Assembly (NCBI GenBank): GCA_051294375.1 | Contig: CM119270.1 | Span: forward strand, 8,228,839-8,292,838 | Reading direction: 5' to 3' | Origin: Paraspadella gotoi | Taxonomy: Eukaryota; Animalia; Chaetognatha | Length of the DNA stretch: 64,000 bases | Shown: positions 1-11,600 of the stretch, piece by piece | How the letters are laid out: each line of letters starts with the position of its first letter | How positions within the stretch are numbered: the first letter of the stretch is position 1 | Notes under the pieces: generated by a model | Database searches by the model: none | The model's input: only the letters and a program-made list of their open reading frames with translations | What the model was told of the DNA's origin: nothing | Position numbers and translations under genes: made by a program

Positions 1-1491
1 ACTTATTTCCGTTGAGACGACATCGGCCTTTTCGATCGGCACCGAATGTCCGCAAGAAGTAATCATGACCAATTGACTGCCGGCAATTCCTACATTCATA
101 AGGATAATTGTGAATAAACAAAAAAGATTGGTTAATTTAGCCAAATTTGGGCAAGACCTAGATGAAGAACTTTTGCCCCATGACAATGAATGATGGCATC
201 AGAGTCGCCCCAGAGCACCAGAGTGGGACATTTAACAGAAGTCATGTAAACGTTGGTAAGGTTTGACATTGGATCGTTCATCTGTTTAAATTAGAGACAG
301 AAAAAATTGATTTTCACAACGAATTGTATTTATTAAAGATGCACGCATGTTTCGAACAATTGTTTTGTTCATCATCAGTGCATTTTGACATTTTGAAATA
401 CAAAATTTTGGCAAGTCAAGAAAATAAAGGTCAAATGAGAAATAATGCACAGGTAGTAAATTGATCTTTACATTGAAATAATGTATAACTAATAGTAAAT
501 GCAAATGAACTAAAAAGTGAAATAATAACAACAACAAGTGAAATAAATTATAGTTTTGTAATTTGTTAATAATGAAAGGAAAATTTAAATTTGTAAGTGA
601 AATGAGAAAGGTAAAGAAAAGAAGCTCAAAGTGAGCAGTTTAAATTCAAACTATTTTCGAATTTGTTTTGATAAAATTCGTGACCTTACCCTAACAAACC
701 TGAACTCGAAGAAAATTCCACATTTTTTTATAAGCGGGATTATATGGCCTTCTTTTTTCCAGGAATGCGGCCAATTGCTCTGACGAAAAGCGTAGTGATT
801 CCTTGTTACAAACCAACACATTCATATTAAACCTCATTTCCTCGATCGTTTCGGGGATGAGGTATTTGCGGAGCGGATTTTCTACATCGTTGTCTTCATC
901 GTCCTCGGTGATGTTTTCCTTTTTCGATCGGTACTCCAGCATAGCGTCATAAAATTCCGAGGTTTCAGGGAAGGTAGCCATTGCAGGACAAATGGCGATC
1001 AAGCTCCGCACCTCATCTGGATACAACGCCGCCATGATGACGCCCACGGTCCCCCCAGCGAATGTCCTCCGACGTGGTAGCGGCCTAGACCTAATTCCCG
1101 GGTGCAGCGAGACAGATACAAAGCGGACAAACGGAAAAAAGTCTTTGATCGGCTCTCACCGAGTGTTTCCGTGAATTGGTGAACGCGTACGGCCATGTCT
1201 TTGGGTGTGAAACCGTCGGTTTCTCGGAAGGTCGTTGACCCGTGGCCCGGAAGATCAACGGCAATAACATGCAGAGAATCTGGTAGCTTCTCTAAAACCG
1301 CCCGCCATGTTCCTTTAGATCTGTTTTGTAGCAATTAATTTAGAAGGGAAGAGGGAAGCGTCCAACGGCTCATTCCATTACCCGGTGAATCCGTGGATCA
1401 AAATGAGGGTGTCGTTGAGCGACTGATCGCCCTGTTCGACAAAGGACACTTCATAGTCGGGATCGTCCGATAACTTAATTTTTTTCAGCAT
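1..1491 (-). CDS. ABHD6-like alpha/beta hydrolase (monoacylglycerol lipase-like), 5 exons, 3' end runs off the window
   Basis: GT-AG exons 1491-1382, 1320-1160, 1090-700, 281-~158 and 89-1. Motifs: LIHGFTG, AVDLPGHG, nucleophile elbow GHSLGG, PTLVLWGDSD (Asp) and CGHSVPIE (His). One frameshift sits in the C6 run at 1051-1056. Confidence 0.85.
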
Positions 1492-3316
1492 GACGCGTTT
1501 TTTACGCTTTTTTTTTTAAACGATAAACTAGGGATCGTTCGAGTCGACGTTCCGATCAAAAATCCTCTAAATTTCGTTTCTATTCAAAACTGCATAGTCA
1601 GGGCCGCACCAAATTATGTCAATATGGGCAGATTTCGAAAGCATAGCTGCTTGGTAAGCCAACGGAGGTAGAGCGCGATCGAAATTCCCATTTTATCATG
1701 CCAAAAGTTGGTGTTTAAATCGACTGGTCAGGCTGTTTTTTCCCTATTCCCAAAAGGCTTCCTGGCTCGTTAGTAATATAAGATTAAACCATACATTACA
1801 GTACGGTTTCGGAGAGCTTATTGTCTTCTCTACATGATGAAAAAAAGAAAAGTTGCAATCTTAAATACTTGATATTTTTTGTTCTAAAACCATCGAAATA
1901 AACTAATTCAGGTAGAGCTCGGGGATAAATTCATTGTATTTATATTACGTCTTGTACATTTTGTATTTTAAAGATCAAGTTTCATCTTTCAATATCTTTT
2001 ATACAGTAATTTCTTTAAAATGCCTTTTTTTGTTTCGAATTCCCTGTTTTTTTGGCAGATAGAGAAATAAAAATTTCGCCAAACACCTCCGATCCCTATC
2101 ATTTGTTCTTTTATAGTTTCTCTTTAACATTCTATCATAATTACAATATTTTTATAACTTTTATAACTTTTATTCTCAACAGAATTTTATATTTTCCTAC
2201 TTTTGATTATTTAATTCTCTCTTATGAGGCCCGGATCGCGCCTAATCAGAAACGCCGATCTAAAGCTTAGAAATACGCCTAGTACAAATCCTTGGTGGTT
2301 CAAAATGAGTTCGATTATTCGATTATTCGATTTTGCTGAAATTTTGCATTCAGATAATATTCAAAATTTCCTATCGATTGTTACCCAATTCATTAAAAAT
2401 ACTTAATTGTTTAGAAACGATGCTCACACCCACACACAGTATGTTAAGTTTTAACCAGAGATTACACAGTAGGGTGAAGTGAAAGTTTGGAATCAAAATT
2501 TAGCAGTTATATCTTGAAAACTATCATATTAGTGAATACTAATCTGTAGTTAATTTTTTTTTTACAAATATAGTAGCCCAGTCAGCTTATTTTGTAGATA
2601 GTACTACCTTTATATAATGTCAAAATTTTAAAATAGTTTTTTTTTTAATTCTGAGAACAGATTAAGATTCCTTGTTAAAAGTTGATAAAAGAAAATATAA
2701 ATCTTTTTCAAAAATTATATCATTAAGTAGGTTAAAATTATAAAAAACTATATTTTTAAACCAGAAATTAAAAATTATTGAGAAGAATTATACTTTCTTA
2801 TGTTAACTTTTTGCAAGGAATCCAAATCCGATCTTAAAATTTAAAAATTTTCAATTTGAAATTTTAGCCTATTATATACTTAATACTATATATAAATATA
2901 GCTTACTGGTACCCATCAATGTATAAAATTTAAAAAAAAAACTTATCAAAATATTTTTATTACTTTTTATTTTTATGTTTTGTATGTGAAATTTTAATTT
3001 TCTAAAATTTTATCATTTTCACATCACTCTATTAAATTTACACAGGCTCTCTTTTTGTACACGATTAACTTGATTCTGTTGCTTCCGATTCTGCGGAAAA
3101 AACTGATTGATTATTCGTAAAAAATTTTGCGTGAAATACGTTTCTCGTTGCACGAGGCTCCGCCTATTACAAAATTACGAACTTTCAATCATCGTTATTC
3201 CTTTTTATCGATTAAAAAATCTTCCCTAAAAAAGTTAGCCTATCCCAAATCGGCAACATTTTCCATCTTTATAAAACTAAATGTAAAGAATCGTAACGTA
3301 ACCGAAATAAGTGAGA

Positions 3317-5060
3317 ATGACGAAGACGTCAAAGTTGACGCCTCGACGGACGACGCGAACGACGGAGGTCGCGCTCTTCATCTTAACAACGACGACTTTC
3401 CTGATCGGACGCTGCCAAAGCCAGAGCCAGAGCTCGGAAGGCAGCGGCGGAAGCGGCGGGAGCGGCAGCGGAGAGGGCAGCGGCGGTGGCAGCGGCAATG
3501 AGGCAGCGGAAACGAGCAACAACTGCCGCACAGGAAAGTTTTGCGTGACGCATCAACACGAGGGACAGACAAGGACCTTCTCGTCGGAGGGTTGCTGCAA
3601 AGGATCAAGTGAGACATTTGTGTAGGATGCTGTCACGGATCGCGATGAGATTGAAGCTGAAAATGAATGTATTGCTGCTAAGGATCGAGTAGGCTTGAAA
3701 CGGATAGAAACTCAATACATATTTTTGAACTTTTAACTTCCCCCACATTTCATCCCAGGCCTCAACGTTCCCTACTGCGCGGAACTCTGCAAAGATTGTG
3801 AAGGGTACGGCGGGACCTGCGAGACTTACAACATGCCCAACGCGGGCAACGACCCCTCCGTCCAGTTTTTGCAAGGCAGCCGCAGCGAGAACCTCTCGCA
3901 AAACAATTCCAAGCCGGCACCCGCCAAACCCAATTGCACCTGCGAAGCGGCGGGCCCGGCGGAGGGCGGGAGGATCCACGCCGTCGTCGCTGCCGTCGTC
4001 ACGGCCTTGGGGGGCAAAATCGGCCCTTATGACGGTTGGGGGTGAGAGAAGGGAAAGGATAGAGGGAGTAAGGGTCGACGAATCCGTAGCCAAGCTACCG
4101 TTAAGTTTGTTTGCCAGAGACACAAATTATTAGATAATTTCAAGTTAATTGTCGAAACATACTTTTTTCGTTTACCTTGGTTTAAAATAATATTTTCTTC
4201 AAAATTTTACATTGGTTGTAAATCTATTTTTCTCGTTTATTGTGCTTTACTGATTAAATTGAATGTAATCTCTACATCAATCGACGTTTAAATTTGATAC
4301 GCTACATAGAAATATTAATATAAGAATTTGAAAGAAAAAATGAAATAACACCAGAAAAAATAATAAAATAAAATTGGTGTAGGAAACCTCATAAGCATCA
4401 TCATTATCATCAAAAACAACTACATCATCCTGGTCTTTCCCGCGCGAGAGCGACCATTAATTTGTCACGAACCAGAAATTTAGGGCAGAATCATTTAAAA
4501 GCATCGCGTCCGGCGTTGCCGCCGACGCTGCCGACCCTGCCAACGCAGCCCGCCGCCGAAGCCGGATTTGAAGGTGATAAGAAAGGGAGAGGTGTTTCTA
4601 ATATCGGTGAACGAAGGTTCTGCTGAAGAGAAATTTATGTGTCCGAGGAGCAAAACAGAAAAGAAAGAAAGAGAGAANNNNNNNNNNAGAGAGAGAGAGA
4701 GAGACAATACGAGCAAAACAAAAAAAAGGAGAAAGAGAGAGAGAGAGACAATACGAATTTTTGCGATGATAGGAAGCGTGCAATATACGTCATATGTAAA
4801 TTATAATCCTCATCAATTGATTATCTTTATCTCTCTCTCTCTCAAACAGGGGGTTGACATAAAAATAAGAAAAAAACTATAAGGAATCTGCCATGAACTA
4901 TATAAAATTCATCAACCATTTAGACATTCGACGTAAAGACATTAACACCTTTAAACGAGTCAAAGCCTTCAGGGTCGGAGGTTCCATCAACGGAAGCGTC
5001 GCTCGGATTCCATCAAAACCCCGAAGGACGTTGCCAGTCAATGGATCCAGAAATTGGTGA
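3317..5060 (+). CDS. Secreted or type-I membrane protein: signal peptide, Gly/Ser linker, Cys-rich domain; unknown family
   Basis: Exons 3317-3608 and 3759-4041 splice in frame (CRTGKFC...GCCKGSSLNVPYCAELCKDCEGYGGTC). Further GT-AG exons 4383-4573 and 4924-5060 are phase-compatible. The 3' frame is uncertain because of homopolymer runs. Confidence 0.55.
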
Positions 5061-5671
5061 AGATCCTACTTGGAATAATAGTTTCGTGGTCATCGTCCTT
5101 GGTTTAACAACCCTTTTAATGTATTAATGTATTAGCTCACGTAGTAATTTCGAGGTAAATTAGTGATTGCAGATCTCGATGCTTACATAGCAATAATGAA
5201 AATGTATTGGGTAGACGGGGGTTATTCACACCATGTTTTATTTTAACTTATTAAAAGTTTTTCATTCGTCGTTACTAATCGCTAAAATTTTGTAAAAATT
5301 AATCAAGTAATTTTTATAATTTTTGTAATTTTTGAAATTAATTCGTTAGCTCTATCCTATTCCATAAATTTATGGTTTTGATGCACTCAGGGTGATGACG
5401 ACGCTTTTTCGAAGAATTTTTCCTTACTTAAAGGCAATAGTCTTAAAATAAAAAAGTGTAGGTTAAATAAAAAATCCGTTTTTGATTTTGTCGCCGAATG
5501 ATTTCAGCTTCTATCGAATCCTCGTTCAGGGAAAAACTAAGTGACGCTTCGTCTTACAAAAACTAATAAGAGAAGACATAACTATCTTATTCAGGGCATT
5601 AGCGCTTATTTAGTCCTCGCTCGTCGGCGGCATCCTCATAGTTATTTGCGGTTCACACCGCCCTCGTCGTC

Positions 5672-8600
5672 ATGGGAAATGGGGACAAAAAACCCGTGAA
5701 AAAACGAAGGAAGAAAATATTTTGGTTTTTCTGCACTTACCTCCTTTGTTATCTTTGGACGCTGGGCACCGACATTGGCGGGTGGGCATTCAACTTTTAC
5801 ACAGTCGCAACATACTTCATGCAGGGAAACGCTATTTGGGGGTGAGAGAGAAAATTGGCGGGAATAAGAGAAAGGGAGAGACTCTTAGTTTCCATATATT
5901 ATATTATAATATGGTTAGGTATTCAAGGACTAGGATTAAGGGTTTAAATTGGATTAAAAGTAAGGGTTAAAGGTTACGGTTAGGGACTTGATTAGGGTTA
6001 AGCTAGGGATTAGAGTAAGGGAACGGATTATAGGTTTAGTAATAGATTGGGGTTAAATATTCGGGTGAAGATTTAAGAGAGTCATATTTTTTTTTAAACA
6101 TCGCCGGACAGAATCGTTCAGCTATGCATCATGGCGTTCTCCAACGTCATCACGTTAATCTACTGCATCCTTCGACTCCACAAAAAGGTCGAGTTATATC
6201 CCAACATGTGGCAAAGGCGTTCAAGTCGCATTTTGGTGACGACGGGACTCATCTTCGGCCTCTCGGAGTCGCTCTTCGCGCTAGACATGTTCGTCGACAG
6301 ATTAAAGATATTTTCCGCAAAAGGTGGAAGTTTGTCGTTTTGAGGAAGGGAATAAATCAACCGGAGGTTTTTGATTTCAACTAGCCACCGGTGTAAATTC
6401 GAATACTGAAATATTGAGAAAAAAAATATGTCCCGTTGTCATGTCTTGATAATATCCCTGGTTCCATCGTCTACAATCTTGATGTCCACCGTGCAGTTCG
6501 TGAGGACATTTTTGAGATTGACCCCGAGATTGACGCCGAGGCGATCTCCAAGGACGAACTCAAGTACCTCGAAATCTGCAAGGTCAAGATTATGCTCAAG
6601 TATTCCCGGAATCTCTGGACGGCAACACTCCACGCCAACTATCTTTTGAATTACGTGCGTCTCGATGTAGAATTTTTCGCGTGTGTGTGTGTGTCTCATT
6701 ACATTACCTGTCTGGTTTGGGTTTGCGCGTTTCTATCAGATATTCTACTTTTTTCACATATTGTAATAATTTTTTTTTTCGTTTCCCCTTATCAATTATA
6801 ATGATTGCTGTACCCTTATTGCCCAAGGTAGCCTTTAAATACCAGAGATACTGCCTTCCTTGGCGGAATTCCTTACTCAAGTTGGATAAGGACAAGCTGA
6901 GTGAAATCCAGGGCTTCGTCGCGGAAACGCTCGATGATGGTGAGTTGCGCAAGACAGTGCTCCGAGAGTCAATTTTGAACGACAATACAAATATAATAAA
7001 GATTTAGTTTGTAAACCGTTCATAATAAAGATATTCCGGAGCTTTGGATCATGCTGTAGCACCCGGCTCCGGGAGGATTAAGTGCTCCCTTCTACTTACC
7101 TTTTGGTTAACAGGCGAATGTCTTGACTCCAGATCCAATGATCTCTCAAAATGATTTATGTAGTTTAATTAACTACAGTGTGTCCCAATGGTACTGTCAG
7201 TTAAGAAAAGCTTACTGCTCCGATACCAGATCAAAAAACTTTAATTTATGGCAACGGGAGGATAGCCTGTGATACCCGGGGCGCGGGGTATCTCACCAAC
7301 TGGCGTAGGGGCTGCGGACCCTCAGTGACCGCCTCCTGTCACTGGCATGTTTATACCGGCACCGTCACATTTAAGCCAGAACAGGGATACCCAGGGATTG
7401 AACCCGGGACGCACGGATGGAACGAGATGATTTAGCCTGCTCAGCCATTGAGACGAGGCTGAGGACGGACAGCAGTGAGGCAGCTTTAAGTCTTGCTGCC
7501 ACAAATTCATTATAATGAATATGCGCACAAGTATAAACCATTTTATATTATACCTAAATTTTAAAAATTGAACAAAGCAAACTCCTGTAGTTATTACATA
7601 AAGCAATTGGTAAAAAAAAAATTTTTAGTGATTTTTTTTTTTAAATTTTAAATAATATATTTTTTATTATTTATCAAATATTTTTTATAATATTGGTTAA
7701 ATAATGTTTTAAATTTATATTTTTTGAAGACAGGAAAGTAAGAAACTTATTCATATTTTTAGCTCCAGAGCTTTCATAATGCAGTAATCCTTATTTTTAA
7801 AATTATAAACTTTCCTTGTTCATATTACTTTTTTAATTGATTTAATAATAATTTATTGAATAAATAGAAACCATTTTGTTCTGGCTTAATGATTCAATCG
7901 CTCACAACTTCAAATAATAAAATTTAAATATCATTTGATCTTTAAATTTTAAATTAATAATTAGCATATTTTTATAATTTTTTTATTTTTTTTATTTCTT
8001 TTTATTAATGCACTTATTTTATACAAATTATAATTTAAATAATTTATATCTATTTAAATATTTTTTACATAATTTTTGTAATAAAATTTATTTTAAAATA
8101 ATAAAAAATATCTAAAAATTAAAAAAGTGAGAAATGAGGACTCATTTAAATTGAATGTTCTGCAAAGAAAAATTGATATAAATTGAATTCAAAATATAGT
8201 ATCATAAATGGTAAGAACTTATCTTTGACATTGTTATCTCAGAAATAACATTTAATAACACAGTTCCGCACAATATGTAAAAGTTAACCGACAGTACCAT
8301 TTGGACACACTGTATAGTGTATAATGCTAAATTTCCTCCAGGATCGAGCGTCATTAATAAAGATGAAGGTTGTTCCTGCATCGCGACAACTAACTTTACG
8401 TGGATGTTTTTAAAATCTTATTTGCAGCCTCTGAGGAGTTTATTCGGATTTCCAGGTCATTTTCGACCGCAAAATTAACTCAACAGATAGAACTTCTTGT
8501 CAGTAGAGTTTTTAAAAAAAATTATTAAGTGACTTTTGTAAAGGATTTTCATTACGCAATTGTTCGACATTAATTGTTGCTCTTTTCTACGATAGATATG

Positions 8601-11600
8601 ACGCTTCAATCCCAGCTGTCAACAATCAAGTATTATCAAAGTAAGAATCAATGACACTTTCGTTTAGTACATTTAATAACATCATTAAGAGACAGTTATT
8701 TTTGTTATGGGTTAGTGACAGAACCGTTCAATACAAGCCATTCCCTGAGCTGCGGATCAACATCATGTTACAGGCGGGTTAAGCGCCCCGTCCCTCTTAA
8801 CTGCTAGGCGACCACCGGGCTAGAACCCTGGACCTTTGGGTTGGGAGGCTGATGACTAACCTCCGTCACCAATAGCCGCCGATAAACGGTTGGTGGATTT
8901 TAGTCCACCAGAATCATCACATTATTTAAAAAAAATATATATTACAATTAAGTTTCTTACGCACTTAAATTCAATCGAATAAAACAATTTAATGCTAGAG
9001 CGCAAAATTGATTTTTAATCATCATTTTTAGACATTGTTTAAATGTTTTCTTTCGTTGCGTTTGTGAAGAATGTTTATGAAGAATCTCATAGAGTTCATA
9101 AATGATAATTTTCTCTATTATGATGACTTGCTGGGTCTAACAAAAGTACTAGTGAAGAGGCTGGTTTTACAGGGCGCACATTGGGATGGTGCATGGGGAT
9201 GGTGCATTAGTCCACTGAGCCAGCGAAGAATCAGCTTTAATCCATCTGTGGTGATAGGACCACCAGACTAGTGTCATAAAACTCAAGTCAAGACTGATAG
9301 ATAAAAATTATTTGGCTTATCTCCTCTTTTTTTGAACAGCTTTGGCGAATGAAACGACAGAGGTTAGTTAAAGGTTTTTAGTCGATCTGGCTTATCAGCA
9401 GATTCCGACTCAATAATTCACTTTGTCGATCCGTCTGTCCCTCTCCAAAATAATGTCGGTAAATCACCTAGATAGTCACAGAAAATCAAATTATGATAAA
9501 TTATGCAAAAAAAAAACTAATAAAAAAATATAAAAAAGAAAGAAAAAAAAGGAGAGAGAAAAAAAATTAAAAAAGAAGGGGAGAAACAAAAGGTAAAATG
9601 ATAAAATAATGAAAAAGATATGTTGTAAGGCAATAACATAACGCAGAAAAACAAGTAAGAAAAGTATGAAAAACCGATAAATACAATATTGAATAAAATT
9701 AAATAGATAGAAAAAAAATATTATAAGATTTACCATAATTTATCATCTGATTAGCTGCTTTATTATCGTGGGCCGATCCGACATTGTTTGCTCAAACTTT
9801 TTTAACTTATATTTTTTAATTAGGGAAAAATGCCTAATTTTCCCAAAATATTTATCGAAAAGGTCCTTCAACCGATAAAACGAAAGGCATGCCTGCAAAT
9901 GGATTGTCTATGGACGCCTCTATGGATAAAAAATTTTCATTTCTTTAAGCTGTTTACACCGCTATGTGCTTTTTGCTTAGCCGTTGCAGGATTTATTTGG
10001 ACGGTCATACATAGAGATGGGCGCGCCTTTCATATCTCATTTGAGTAAGTATATTTTCGAAAAAATAACAAAAAAAATTAAAATGGTGTGCAAAATGACG
10101 AAAATAAGATTGTCCGTGCTGCTGAGATATAGTACGAATCAAAGAATTGCAACGATTTTTCTATGATTTCCTTATTTCTCCAAGTAATAATTTGCTTTTG
10201 CACTTATATATTGCAGTTATAGTAATGCTGCAATGACCCATTGTAAAACTTGTAAAATGTGTTAACTGTTAAGTGAATAGTAAATTCGATATTAATTTTT
10301 GAATAAACGAAGGTTTACTATTGATAAAAATCACTTGCCGTATATACTAATCATTTAAATCAGATTTCGCTTTCTTCTTGCGCGATTTTTTTTTTTTTTA
10401 ATATTTAATCTCTGCTTCGAATCTTTTTTAAAAAAAATCTCTTATTCCCCATAAAAACCTATGTAGGAATAGATCCAAAGCAATGATTGCCTTTTATTAT
10501 ATTATTGGTTGTTCAGCGTATTTTGTTAGAACTGCGGGATCTATCCTTTATCTTTCACGATTGGTATTTGTTTATCTCGTGAATGACTCCAGTAAAGATA
10601 AACCTAAGCCATCAATAATTCTATTTGTTTATTTCTTTTTTACTGTTATCTCTAAAGGTAATAATGTAATTCTAAAAACAGTTAAAATTTATTAAATGCT
10701 TTAATTTGATATATTTGAAATGTCATACTAGGAATCGTGCTTCCAGAAACATATATTCATTGGGAAATTCAACTTACAAATTGGTTTGCCTCAAAATTGT
10801 GTTTATGTAATATAGAGTGTTGTATATGGGAGAAATTAAGACAAAAAGATCAAGAAAGAGAGACTGTTTTTACAAATTCGGAAATTGTACAAATATATGA
10901 AGAAGATGACACGAAAAATAAATCAAGATTTAATTTCCGGAATAAAAGTGAATATAAATTATCATTAGTTCGTTGTGTTTGTTGTCATAGGGAGGGATTG
11001 TAAGTGATACCCCAGCTCGTCTTATCACTTCATGTTATCAAATTGGGGTTCGTTGGGATTAACACACAACGAACATATAATAAGTATTAACTGAGATAAT
11101 TTATTACAGAGATATTTTAGGCTGGTCACTTACTTTTATTTAATTTTATCAATCTTATTAATATTCAGGAAAATAGTTATTATTATTTATCATTTTTAGT
11201 GACGCCGCGAGTACTCGCATAAAAACTCTATAAGTCACTTTTCGGTCGTTCTGTCGGTCGGTCAATCGGTCGGTATGTCTGTATGTCGGTCTGTCCCACT
11301 TATGTTGAAAATGCTCATAATTAGCCTTTAGTAAGTTGCTAATTTGTTAAGACAGGAAAAAACCTCAAAACTAAATTATGTGAAAAGAAAGTTCTACTTT
11401 TCAGAAATTAGTATGGACAAAATAAAAATGATTCATTCATTTAGTAAATAATCTTTCTTGTTATTTTGTTTTTCTACTACCAAGAAATATTCTTTTTTTA
11501 TTTATTCCATTTTAGTTTTACAGATAACAAAAAAAAACTTTTTTTATCTGAAAACAAAACTGAAGAAATTGCCCAACTACCTAGAGAAAAGTTAAAAAAT

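Larger units (their letters stand above)
7176..8312. mobile_element. Tc1/mariner-type MITE (non-autonomous)
   Basis: Terminal inverted repeats CAGTGTGTCCCAATGGTACTGTCAGTTAA ... TTAACCGACAGTACCATTTGGACACACTG. TA flanks both ends (7174-7175, 8313-8314). The interior is AT-rich and non-coding. Confidence 0.85.
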
